A stretch of DNA of 54,572 nucleotides from assembly GCA_003614675.1 (NCBI GenBank), contig ML002262.1, positions 1 to 54,572 on the forward strand. Reading direction: 5' to 3'. The stretch comes from Dimargaris cristalligena (Eukaryota). Below are positions 8,011 through 38,400 of this stretch, piece after piece. The notes under the pieces are model-generated. The model saw only the letters and a list, made by a program, of their open reading frames with translations. It had not been told where the DNA came from and ran no database searches. Every line of letters starts with the position of its first letter. Position 1 is the first letter of the stretch. A program made the translations under genes and the position numbers.

Positions 8011-11000
8011 ACATTAATCCTATACTTATAATTCTAGAAGATCTTGCTAACTACCTTAAGATCAAAAAAATAAATTATATCATTGAAGAATATATTCCCA
8101 ATATTACTGTAAATATTGCCAATGATAATAATAAAATAAACTCTCCTCCAAATGCTATTCAGTTATTTTATTACTTTAGTATAGGCTGCTTAGAATACAA
8201 TAGATAAATTAAACATACGAAGTATGGGCTAATCTTTCATATGTTTCGTAAAATGATATAAATTCTCCTAATAAATAAAATATTAATGATGTATCACAAT
8301 TACCAAGATACAATATAAAGAAGAATAATGTATAAATCATGGTTCAATTACAAAATTTAAGTTTATTTATTTTGGTGGGAAGAAATAAATAGATATTTCA
8401 TTGAATTTGGTAAAAATAATAATTAATTATATATAATATCCCTTTAGGTTTTTTATAACTTTAGATAATAAATAATGGTAAATCTATAGAATGTAATTTT
8501 ATTTTTAATCTAGCCCCTGATATTTATAAATTTCCTATTTAAATATACCAACAATAAATACATCGCTAAACCTAGTTATAAATTATAATTTATTTATATA
8601 AAAAGATTATAGTTATTACCAGATATAAAAAATATCTTTTCTTACTTATTTATAAAACAGTGATTATGAGATTTAAATTTTAATTTTATCAAAATGTTTA
8701 TCAAAAGATCAAAGTATAGTGAACATTCCTATTGCCTACTCTATTAGTTAAAAATGCGGAGTTATTCTAGTATATCAAAAATTAACTAATAAATAAGAAC
8801 ATATACTTACTCCTTCTCATTTTACAAATATTAATAGATTTTATGTATCATGATTAAAAAAAAGTAGTATAATAATTATAAATTCTTTATTATGACTGTG
8901 TTATAATTCAATTAATTTGTTGGGATAAAATTTACATTTAACAGAGATAATGACTGTATTACAGTTCAGAATAAATTGTTTTATTTTATTACTTTTTGAT
9001 AGGAAATCTATGTGTAATTATTTAAATTTAAAAACATTATGAATTGGAAAAATTAATGTGTTACAATTTAGAATAAATTATTTTTTTTAATTTATGTTAA
9101 ATGGAGTCAATGTCCAATTATTATTATTTTATTAGATTAAATTTTATCACCCCCCCCGTAGGGCGGTTATAAGGATATTTATATTTAGCATAAACATTAA
9201 TGTAATTAATGGTAGTTTTATTTATTTTAATGGAAAATATGTTAATATTAAGTTAAACATGGGAAGATAATTTATCTGTAATAATAATTTATTTTTATAT
9301 ACTTAACAGAAATAATAACTGTGTAAATGGCATACGCGTGTTTACAGATTTTATTTCTGTGTAACAATTCATAAAAATTATTTTTATTTTTTATGGGTAT
9401 TTATCTGTTATTATTTATTTTAATATCATTTAGGTATTTAATTAAAGAGGTATTATTACTGTGTAACAATTTATAATTTATTAAATTTTTATTAATACAG
9501 GTATTATAAATATTTGGGGAATTACTATAATAAATTTTTTGTAACTATTTATACAAGGAATTTATTTTCTTGTAAATGCCTCATCAAATGAAACTTTTTT
9601 ATAATTTCTATATTGGTTAAATTTTTATATTTTTTTACTTTTTCGACTATTATCTTATAAAAATATATTATTTTTACTTTAGAAACAAATCTATGATTTG
9701 GGTTATTATACTCTCTTTATTATACTACTTTAATATTTTATCTATACATAGGAAGTTAATATAAAAATTAAATATTAATCATGTTTATACCATGTTTAAA
9801 TAAAAAGACTATTTTATTAACTCTGTTCCATTATGACATTTATGAAATAAATGGCTCCCATATAAACATTAATGCCATTTATTACATTAATGTTTTACAT
9901 ATCTGCACAAATAAATATATTACTCTACATATTTTATGAACTTATATATGCATTAAAAATCAACCGAGATACTTGTTTATCTATGATTAACGGGTTAAAT
10001 GGTTTGGTTATATAAAACATTTAACCACTTACATATTAATGATTATTGAATTTAAAATTTCTTATCATATGAATTATAATTTTTTTTTATTTTATAAATT
10101 ATTTCCATCTTATATAGTTATTTTTAGATAAAATTTTTATTTACAATAAAATTGTGGAAAAGTAAGTATCTTTGATATTGGTTATTAAGCATATTTTTAA
10201 TTTAAATAAAGTTATTATATTTTTTGATACGTATTAATCAAATTTAAATTATTAATATATATAGAAGATGCAGTAATATTTTATTCATCTCGTATATACC
10301 AATATAAAAATATTTTTATATTTCAGTAAAAATGATGTAACTAATATCGTATTTCCTAGCATAATGTTAAAAGTAATGGTTCCATATCAAAATAAAATAA
10401 GAATATATACATGATTATATTTGTATCAACATTTATGAAATAAATGGCTAGATATAAATAATAAAAAAGTAATGCGTATACCTAATTAATAAAAAAAATT
10501 ATTCATTTAATGGAAAAAATAAAGTAAAAGACCTATAAAAGAATAAATATGTAATTGGTATAAAGATATAATTTGTAGTTTATAAGAATATTGTAAAAAC
10601 AAAATTAAGTAAATTTGAATTAAATAATCTATAGATAAATTGTTATATTATTAAAAAAACGTGTAAACCAAATATATTTGAATGTACAAAAACTATTTTA
10701 TAAAAGGTATAACTAAACTTAGAAAATATATAAAAAATATTAATCTAAGACCTGTTATTAAATAAAACTTAGAACCATTTACGTAAATATAAAATTATAA
10801 GAGAAACAGTTAATTCACAATTATGAAATAATTGGGTAGTACACTGGAAATAAAAATAGTAAAAAGTCTAAAAAGGTTTTACGTGGTTGGTTGTATAAAG
10901 ACAGACTAGATTGTACAAAGTACTGGAACTAATAAAATAAGTGTAAAAATTTTAGTAGAACAAGATATAATAAATGATATATAACTTAAAATATAAAATC

Positions 11001-14000
11001 GTATATTTGGAATTCAGTAAATAGCATAAAATTAGTATAAAAATTAAAATTAATCAATTTATTTAAAAGATAAAAATAATAAAAATTGCCAATCTAGGGT
11101 TTGGAACAAGTACTGATATTTACTAGTATTGCATATATTATAATATTTATCCAAATCTATGATTTTTAATACTTTCAAAGATACTTAGTATATTTTATTT
11201 AATCATCTATACCCATAACCAATATACCCTAATTGTAAATTGGCAGTATCAAAGATATTCCCCAATCTATGATTGGTTATCGTAACAGATCCATACAAAT
11301 TTTAATTATTAGAAGAAGAGGTAAAAGCAAACATTATTGGATAATATGCATAAGTATTGATACACATAATTTCATTTATTAGTGAATTTTTATATTTTTG
11401 TTATATGTCAGTTTTTACAGTTTATTAAATAAACTTATAAAGTTTTTAATTCAACCCCATATTATAAATATGCGGGTAATAACTTTAAATTTCTATAGTT
11501 ACACCCAATTTTTTATTATACGAAAAATTATATAAATTTCTGCACATAATTTGTTACCTTGGCATTTAAAATGAATAAACACCCCATATTATAAATATGC
11601 GGGTAATAATCACCAAAACCTAGTATTTCGTTTACTATAATTAACTTCCGCCTAGCCTTTATACTTTAATGACATTTTTTATTAATAATAAGTATCTGTA
11701 CTAATTTAAATAATCTAAAATAAAATTGATTGTGAATGATTATTACAGGAAAGATATAAGTAAATAGAATGAATTATATATAATTGTAATAACGTTATTA
11801 AAAACAATGGGGGTTTTTAAATATATGTTTTTATAGCAGAATATCAATTGTATTCAGGTTCTCAGTATTGTAAAATATTTGGGTGGATAGCTTTGGTAAA
11901 TGTTGATAGGAGAAAGTCTAGTACTTATAAAATTTGTAAAAATAAAAACAATTATTAAAGAATTGGGCACAGAAATAATAAATTATTTAATAAAAACAAG
12001 CCTAAGATAAAACCGCCAATAGAAAATATTGGTGTTTACACAGGAATTAGCTTAAATTTATACTTCATCATAAATTTATAAAATAATTGGGCAAATAATC
12101 TAGGCTGTAAGTTTAACTCTAATTTTAAGTCCCCAATATTATATATTTAGTTAAATTAATTAGGGTAGATATAAATAGTTTAGGACCCATTTATGAAATA
12201 AATGGATTGTCGAGTTTACTTTATAGGTAAATATTATGCCCCATACAAAGTATGGCTATTAATTATGAACACATAAATGTGTTGCCAATCTACGATTAAT
12301 TGACCATAATAATTTTATCTTATATTATATTACTTTATTTATTTACGTTAATCATATGATACAATTTATTAATTTTATTATTACCAGAGGAATTAAACAA
12401 ATTTTATATGTTCAAAATTTAATTACAATATTAGAATGAATTTATAACAAATCGTAAATTTGGGTAACTTAAAATTTAATAATTACCAATCAGCTGATTT
12501 AATATAATAAAAATTATATAATTAATCTAAATTTTAAGTATTTCTTATTCAATACTACGTATTGTAAAATTATTTTTATAAATAAACGTTGTTATCTACG
12601 TAATGATTTATTATTTTTTTTAGGTATCCAGATATATATAAATCTAACAGAAGTATAACAAATTATTAATTTATTGTTGTTTTTATTTTTAAATTATATA
12701 TCTTTATAATTATAACTGGAGCCAAATTTGATTTATATAAAATAACCAATATTGCAATATTGGGGTCATATATTTTAAATATGTCGTTTATTATTAATAT
12801 TTATATTCTGGGCAAAATATTATATATAAATTTATATTTTATACTAAATTTTGGAATAATAAAATATAAAATCAATAACGTTCATGCTAAATAAAATGTA
12901 ATTAATAAATAAATTAATAATTTAAATTTACCCACCCCAAACCCCTATCATAGGGGCTTTGAATATACTCAGGTGATTCAAGTTAATAATAATGTGATAT
13001 AATTATATACTTAAATAAGCATATATATTAATCTTATATTAAAAGTTTGGATTATATAGTCTTGAAACAATCTATAATTGGTTGAACACTTCAATGTCTA
13101 TGCAATTTTAAAATTTTTTTATATATCCATTTTTATCATATAATTTTACTCCCCCCCACAATATTTATAATATTGGTGTTGTTTTTTATTTATTTATGGG
13201 TATGTAAAATATCGATAACTCCATAATTTCAATAAATATAAAAAGAAAAGTAAGTATCTTTGATACTGGTTATTACCCATATTTTTAATATGGTTATCAA
13301 TTTGTAATTATGCTCCATAATATTTTCCATTAATATTATAAATGTTTTCTATTAAATATCTAAACCTATAATAATTAAAGTTTATAAAATAAACTATACT
13401 TTAATTCATCTAAATACTTTATACCCTCATTGTTTTAAATAACTTTAATCACCTTTACCACATAATTGTAAATGTTCTATAAAATACTATTAAACTTTAA
13501 CTTTAGTATTTTTAATAACAATATCTCAAATAATATTTATAACCAATATTATTAATTATTACTCATATATATTATATTCATTTTAACCCATTATATTTTT
13601 ATTATTCATTATGGTACCTTTGAACTATTTATCATTACAGTTATTATTTTATAAAATTTCAATTATATACGTTTAAAATTGTTATGTTTGTATGGAGTCT
13701 TGACCATATAACTAAAATAACAATAAACCAATCATAGATTGGGTCTATTAATTAAAACATAATCGTTTATATTTTATTACAACAACTTTGTTGTTTTTAT
13801 TCATATTTTATTACAACTTATATTTCTTTTATTACTTATTTTATTAATTCTTTTTATTCCTCACCATTTCAAATTTGTTTTCTTTTTTATGTATATTTTT
13901 TTTTAATTAATCCACACCACAGATAGATTATGTAAAGATATTTTATATTAGCTAGATGATATTATTATAAAATTTGGTAAGGTAAAAATAATGAAAAAAA

Positions 14001-14701
14001 AGAAGTTCTAATTCACTTTAATTTTATACTTTTATAATATTAGATATATCAAATCTATAACTTTTGTATTTATTATATTATTTTAATTAATTAGGTATAA
14101 AAGATAAAAATAACTGCTAGTAATATAATATAAAAAAATAATTGGTAATAAAAAAGAAATTATATCTTAGCTACTATATATAATAATAAAGTATTTTAAA
14201 TCCCACCCATCTTCGATGGCTATTATTAGTAATTTTGTTTCAATTATTACAACATCATTATCAAGATATTTCATATTGTATACTACGCTCTAATTAAAAT
14301 ATTATTAACTTTGTATTAACTAATAAACTTATCTATATTATATGATTATAAAATTTTAAATGCATAAAATTATCTACTGTCTTTAAACATATTTTTAATA
14401 TGGTAAATATTGTTTACTAAAAACTAATTTATCTTCTGGAGGCTAAATATATAATAACCAAATCTACGATTTGTTCAATAATATTTCTATTGTATTTTAA
14501 TAAATCATTACCAGTTAACATAACTTCTGTACAATAAACCAATCATAGATTGGGATAATATATATAAAGTTATTGTTCCATTATATAATAAATTATTACC
14601 ATATTCGATAACCAATCAAAAATATATAAAAAAAGTATTAGTTACAGGCATATTACCTTAAAATAAGAAATAAAAATAAAATAAAAATATAAGGAATAAA
14701 A

Positions 14702-14784
14702 GGAAAAATAACCTAATTGGTAAGGTAGAAACCTGCTAAGTTTTAAGATTAACATCTTTGAGAGTTCGAGTCTCTCTTTTTCCG
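14702..14784 (+). tRNA. trnS: tRNA-Ser(GCU)
   Basis: gaaac-ctgctaa-gtttt; long variable arm. Confidence 0.9.
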
Positions 14785-14820
14785 TATAGAGTAAATAAAA
14801 TTAAGGATCACATATAGGAT

Positions 14821-30903
<16,083 letters not shown>

Positions 30904-30936
30904 ATAAATAAACAAATTTAAATAAAAAAAAATTCA

Positions 30937-32364
30937 ATGGTAACAATATTTACATTAATTCCTTCATTAAGTATAATAAATTCTATAATAAATAAAAAAT
31001 GAATAATGGAAGTAGCTATATCAACAAGTATATTAATATTTTTATATACATTAACTTTATTATTACGATATGATTATAATATAATAGAATTTCAATTTTT
31101 TTATAAATATGGAATAGATTTTTTATTTGGTTTAGATGGTATAGCATTAATACTTATAATATTAGTAGCTTGATTAATACCAATATGTTTATTAACTAGT
31201 TATGTATCAATAAAGGATGGTTTAAATAAATTTATAATATTAATACATTCATTACAGTCAATATTATTATTAACATTTATATTATTAAATATATTTATAT
31301 TTTATATTGTATTTGAAGTATCATTAATACCTATGTTTTTATTAATTGGTATATTTGGTAATAGACATAGAAAAATTTATGCATCTTTTCAATTCTTTTT
31401 AACTACATTATTTGGTTCATTATTTATGTTATTATCAATTATTGTAATATTTGATTATTATGGTAGTTTAAATTATTTATATTTAACTTCTTATATTAGA
31501 TTATCAAGTATGTCATCTGATATTTTAGATATTTTATGATTAGGATTTTTTATTTCTTTTGCTATAAAAACACCTATGATGCCTATTCATTTGTGATTGA
31601 GTGATGCACATACAGAAGCTAATGTATCAGGTTCAATATTATTAGCAGGTATATTATTAAAATTAGCTGGATATGGATTTATACGTTATTCAATAGCTTT
31701 ATTACCAATATCTTCTATACATTTTGCTCCATTTATACAAATTTTAACTACTATATCAATTTTATTTTCTAGTTTTACTACATTAAGACAAATTGATTTA
31801 AAAAAAATTATTGCTTATTGTTCTATAGGTCATATGAATTTGAGTATATTCTCTTTATTTTCTAATAATTTTCAAGGTATTAATGGATCATTATTTACTA
31901 TGATTTCTCATGGTATAGTATCTCCTGCTTTATTTTTTTCAGTTGGTATATTATATGATAGATTTCATTCTCGTTTATTTAAATATTTTAAAGGTATTGC
32001 CATTTATATGCCTTTATTTGTTTTATTTTTTTTTATATTTAATTTAGCTAATATGGGGGTTCCTTTAACTTCTAGTTTTATTGGTGAATTTTTATCTTTT
32101 ATTGGTATATTTCAATATAATCCATTTTTTTTTATTTTAACTTGTTTATCTCTAATTTTATCTGCTTCTTATTCTATTTGATTATTTAATCGTATCTCTT
32201 TTGGATCTTTTTCTTATTATATTAAACCAATTTTTGATATTAATCGTAGAGAATTTACTATTTTATTTTCATTTTTATTTTTTATATTTTTATTTGGTAT
32301 ATTTCCAAATATAATTTTAAATCCTATTTCTTTAAGTACTTCTAATTTATTATATTTATTTTAA
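30937..32364 (+). CDS. nad4: NADH dehydrogenase subunit 4 (475 aa)
   Basis: Open with code 4; FGLDGI, AH.EA..SGSILLAGILLKL, RQIDLKKIIAY.SIGHM, SHGIVSPALF, LYDRFHSR. Confidence 0.96.
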
Positions 32365-33240
32365 TTTACTATTTTTATTTTACATTATGATCCCTACCTA
32401 TATATATTTTTTTTTAAGTTACTAAAGTAACTCATTCGATATTCTGTATCTGTTATCATTAATTTCATTTACTTATTATTACTACCTAGTTACATTTATG
32501 AAATAATTGGGTAATAAAATAACATGAGTATTATTATTTTACTGATTTAGTTTAAAATGAATTAAATCTATGAATCGGGTAATAAATTTAATGGAATAAC
32601 ATACCTTAAAATAAACTATAGAATTTACTCAAGAATTTTATAGAGCAATACTTTTTTTAGTAAATTAGCAGTAACTATAAAGGTAATGTCTTTATTATTA
32701 ACCAATCTATGATTGGGAGCTTTTAATTCTACACATTTATATCAATTGCCAAATATTGATAACTTGTTTTTCAATCTTTATAATAAGGTCTATTTACTTT
32801 AATAAGTCATTATATAACTACATCAGGTTTTTCAATATCTATGATATTTGGTAGCTCTAACCGATCTAATCAATTTTTATGATATATAGGAATAGTGAGA
32901 ATGTCTTTAGGTATCCCTTTTATAATACATAGTACTTTTAGTACTTCATGTAATTATAATATTTTTATCAATATGGGCTATAGGTTGAATATTTTTTTAT
33001 GTCTTAGAATTATATATATATTACAATTATTTCATAATTGGGATCCTCATTCCAATACTTCGTATTGCTTTACCCAAATTTATTACTAATTGAATTTAAT
33101 GTATTAGGAATACTCTTACTATAGATAAAAAAGTTATAATAAGGATATATATTGGAAGTATATTTATGTATAAAGATATCTATGATATCTAAATAAAATA
33201 TTATAAATATCTATATGTACAATCCCCAATCGTAGATTGG

Positions 33241-33264
33241 TTATCGAAATGTATAAATAATTAA
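33241..33264 (+). promoter_or_regulatory. Conserved leader/promoter-like motif, copy 2
   Basis: ttatcgaaatgtataaataattaa, 22/24 match to copies at 4200 and 50308. Confidence 0.5.
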
Positions 33265-34135
33265 CATATTTTTTTTAACTATCAAAAATAACTTTAACAC
33301 ACTCCATATCTTAAGAATCAAATTAACAATAAAATTTGTTCAATATATTATAAAAAGAGATATTAAATTATTTGAGACTGTATATTGTGATAACGAAGAA
33401 AACAATAATCAATCACTATTAGATACTACTGTAAATTTTGAAACTACTCCAAGACAAATGTTAAATTTAGCTGGAAATCTATCAATAGGTGGTGTAAGTT
33501 CTTATATTGCATTCTATGATTTAAGATGAGGTATATCATCCGATGAACATTTTAATGTAAATCTATCTTCAAGAATAATTCTAATGTCTGCTGGAGCTAT
33601 TGGAGGAGGATTATTTGGACTAGGTATGTACCAAATAGCTTCTAGAAGATTAAGTGGTCCATATGCAAATATAACATTAAATTTACCTAGAGAAAGTATT
33701 ACACCCAATTCTTTAATAAATAAACCAAAATTAGACAGTTCTAACGAGGAAAATATATTATCAAGTATCAATAATAAAAATAATCCAGATTCCAATTCCG
33801 GAACAGACGTAATAAACCCATATTGTAAATATGGGTATAGTTTATTAAATCCTTTATCCGAAAATCCGGACATAGGTACATCAAAGATGTGTATATTAAT
33901 GTTATTACTTAGCATTCAATGCATGAATATAATAATTTTTAGATATCTTATATTGAAAAACCAAAATTTGATAAAAAAATATCTTAATGAAAAATTGAGA
34001 AATTATTATATCAAATTTATCAATATATTAGAAAAATCCTTTAATTTATATTTTATTTACTTTTTTATTTTAATTTATTTGATAATTCTTAGTGTAATAT
34101 ATTTTCTATACGACATATTAAAAAACATATATTAA
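33257..34135 (+). CDS. Intact orphan membrane protein with glycine-rich hydrophobic segment (frame open from 33257; first ATG at 33458)
   Basis: Stop-free for 292 codons in code 4; ETVYCD, LAGNLSIGGVS, MSAGAIGGGLFGLG, Asn-rich linker, two C-terminal hydrophobic helices. Confidence 0.7.
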
Positions 34136-34199
34136 AAAAATATTAACCCCAATCTATAATTGGTTATTTTTTTTTAATTATTCAGTAAAATTTAACTAC

Positions 34200-35400
34200 A
34201 GATAAATACTGAGAAGGTCATTATAAAACTCGATTGTCTAAAAGAACAAAAAATGAAATAGAGCCAACAATGAGTAAAATATTTGCATAAGTGATATAAT
34301 AACTGGATTGATTTACCTTTAGAGATAACAAATAAGTGGTTGGTTATCATATTAAAGAGCGAGGTATAGGGGCTCTTTATATAAATAATCCGAATAAACA
34401 TGGCACAAAGTATTGTAACGAATAACTTAAATAATTGTATCTAAGGTATTGGATATAAAATAAAATTTAATAAAAATTAACAATTATATTATGGTCAGCA
34501 TAGAAAATATGGATAGCAATTTTATTGTTAATTTGATTATTTTATAAATCTGATTTATTTATTTTAAATTGAGCCTAAACAAAGATAATTAATATACTTA
34601 TTATAAAATATATTAAAATATTGCATATAATATTAAGTTATACATTGATCCCCATATTTATAATATGGGTTCCTAAGATTATCAGAATAATTAAAATAAG
34701 CTTTCTCTGAGATAACTCCTGTAGCTAGACCTTTAGTTAAATCATCCATAAAAATTAAATCTGAAATTTTGTTAGTTGGCACCAAAGGTGTAGGTTATTT
34801 TTTTATTAAGGTTTATAATAACCCTAAAAGTAAATAACCAATCATAGATTGGGGTATTTACAATAACTGAATATATCCGTGATTCTTTATTATTAACCAA
34901 TTTTGAAAGATATCTAGATTGTGGTAAATAAAATTAGGTAACCAATCATAGATTGGGGGTTGGAGATTTAAGAGTTCAATACATAGTATTGGTGAAGATT
35001 ATTCCATTTTTTGATAAATAAATTATGAAAGCATTAGATTATCCATTCTATGGATGCAGCATATTATAAACTCATATTACATTATCCGGGTTAGAACAAA
35101 TAGAAAAATTTAAATCAGGGAGGCAGTTGAAGAAAAAAAAGGATATTTACTTCTTACCAGATAAAAAAGGTTAGGTTTAAATATAATAAATAATATTTCA
35201 TATTGTTGGTTTAGTGTATTAGCCGATAATTTATAATTGACAACCAATCAATACCTTTGGTGTTTCATTAATTAAAATAAAGTTAGAAATAAAAATAAAC
35301 ATTCACCTAAAAATATTTTGGATATCTTATTATACTGAGTACTAAGGTACTGGATATTATAATAAATTACTATATCTCAGTACTTCGTACTTTAAATATG
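34200..35400 (+). pseudogene. Decayed T7-like (mitochondrial plasmid-type) RNA polymerase; boundaries approximate
   Basis: RPLVKSSI (34727-34750, RxxxK motif B) followed in order by IIHSMDAA (35038-35061). Confidence 0.6.
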
Positions 35401-38400
35401 TTTTGGTTTATAATTAGGGAGACAGTATCATAAAGATAATTTATACATAAATGTGTTATCTTGCACCATTACAGGTAATCCATTATTCCAATCAGCCAAC
35501 CTAGATGTCTTTAAATATTATATAGGCCAGTTACTACGAAATTTTTACCAATCAGCCATCATAGATGTTTTTAAATATATTAATCAATATATATTCTTAG
35601 TAATCATAGATATCTTTCCAGTAAAATAATATAAAATATTATTGTAAAGCTAGATATAAAATTTATTGAAAATCCTATAATAAATAAAGATAACAATTAT
35701 TTAAGATACTTTATATATGAATAAATTATCTCAGGTAAAATTTAAAATAAATAACGTATTATTGGAATATATAAATAATTATAAAGAAATTCTTTTAATT
35801 AAATATATATAAAATGATGAATCATCCACAAAATATTTTATTATTAGCTTATAAAGATGTTTCAAATACATAAATGATATCTATGATATTTGCATTATAA
35901 AAATATATATAGCAAATATATGAAAAAAAAGATTATACATCTATTGTATTTAAAGGTAAATATCATTATTATTAAATTTATTATCTGGACATCTATAGAA
36001 GGAAAAAATTTAAATTAAACAAAATCGTACTTTTAGATATTTTTATGACTTATCTGGCCATTTATAGAAAATATATATTTAGGATAAAACTTTATATTTC
36101 ACCAATCTACGATTGGCTAGATAACACAATTATTGTTTTAAAATCTCCCTATTAATATAATTTTACCTGATAACATATAAGCTATAATTACAAAAGTTAA
36201 TATTATAAATTGAAATAAAATAATACTGATCTTATGTAAAAATAAGATAATTTTGTAATAACAATATTGAAAATATTGGTATAAAGTAAGTTATGATATA
36301 AAACCATTAATAAATTTTAATTAAATTATTTTCCTTTAATACTTTACCCCACTATTGTTATTGATAATAATTGTTATATAATAACTGATTTATCTCCAAT
36401 TAAAGACCATTAATAAAATATAAATATATTACCTAACTTTTAAAGTGAACAATATGAATAGATAAGAAACAAGAATAAATTATAATACGGTAAAAGGATA
36501 TTATAATAAATAAATTAAAATGGTATTAGTATATAATTATTATTTAATATTATTTAGTTTATTATAGGTTTAACCAATCATAGATTGAACTGGATAATAT
36601 AACCAATATTGCAATATTGGGGGAAAATTTTAATTTTAAATTGATAAAGTTTAAAAATTTTTATTTTAATTTTTAAAAATTTTTACACCCAACTTTTTAG
36701 GTAAAATACAATAATAGCTAATAGTTTTATTTATAGTAGTAAAAATAGGTTTAAAGTAATGTAATTACTGGTAAAGGATATATGATTGAATAATATTTAT
36801 GATAAAATTATTTAATTATATAAAGAGTATTATTATACAATAATTAAAAGAGGTATAAAGTTAAAAAAGAAATAAATATAATAAAATATGCTTTAATAAA
36901 TATAGAAGTTAAATTATGTAATTATCTGTTACATCATAGATTATTTAAACAAGGTATTTCACAAATATAATAAAATATGTTCCAGTTTATTAATTAATTG
37001 ATCGATATGTAACTACATATTACTATAATTAAGTTATTTAAATTATTACAAAATCTAAAATAAATATTTGAATTAAGAGAAAAGCATATATCTATTGGTT
37101 ATTAATATAGTAGCCAATAAATAATTGGTTGTATGAACTTTATGTATAAACAATATTTCAATTATTGAGGGAACAAAGTAATAAGATAATTAATTAATTC
37201 ATTATAAAATATTTTGAATGTAAGAATAAGTAATAAATTTAGTTAATAAATATTTACAAACATAATATAATCTCAGCACTGTAAGTATTGTAAATATTTT
37301 AATAATAAATTCTAATTAACCAGATATAAAATATCTTCATATATTCTATATTATACAAGATATTTATAATATCTTTAAGTACCAAATCTTATTATAAATT
37401 TATTATTCTGCACAGATAAATAATTTTAATTTTATGATATAAATTTAAAATCCTAGAAAGAGTTAGAAAATTCAATTAGATTTCAATTTGAACTAAATGT
37501 TTAATATCATCTATGGATAAAATATATAATTGTCTAAATTTATATTTTTATAGGATAAAATATTAATTGGATATTTTATTTACAGTTAATTGATATATTA
37601 ACTAATATTTAAGGCCTTTAAGTTTAACTAAATTCCAATACTTTGTATTGCTATTTTGTGATATTTAGAGGTAAAGATAAAGGAAAAATGTAAGAAAAAT
37701 TCAGTTAGAACAAAATAATTTGTAAAACAGTATTAAAATAAATCAGTAATAATTAGTTTAAACTTTTTACCATATCCAAAATCTTAATTAGATTTTAATT
37801 TACCCATTTTGTTATGTTACTGAACAAAAATTTTTAAAGATTCGATTCTAAGCCTGGCAGTTAATTAATAAAAAAATTTGTTTTATATTTGGATAACCGA
37901 TTATAATACAAAGGAAAATTTATATTAACAATATTCGAATTTTATTACATACTGAAGTGTTTATATTTACTTTTATTTTTTTTCTAATGCAAAATATTTA
38001 TATGGATCAGTTATTAAAATACCTACAAACAACACTTATAATGCTGGTTTATAATAAAAACGAAAGGGACCCAATAAAAATAAAATTAAATATTTGTATT
38101 ACAATTTTACCTTAAATTTATATAAATAATAAAATTATGAACTGTCCATCATAAAAATAAAATATTTTTTATATTCTTTTACAGATTTTTGATTAACTCA
38201 TTTTTAATTTATTATTTTTATTAATGATCTTCATTTAGTTCAAATTTAACGTCTATCCATATCGACTAATTGTTTATATAAGATAAAAAAAATTACCAGA
38301 TATTTTAATATTTAAAATTTATGGTTTTCTCTCTAATCAATTCTTTTACTTTATTAGTTAAATTTCTAATAGATTATTCTATTTAAATAATATTACCTTA

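Noticed and set aside
35488-35578. Imperfect ~31-bp repeat at 60-bp spacing (ccaatcagcca...tagatgt.tttaaatat)
   Set aside because: Two copies only; probably an ordinary local duplication.
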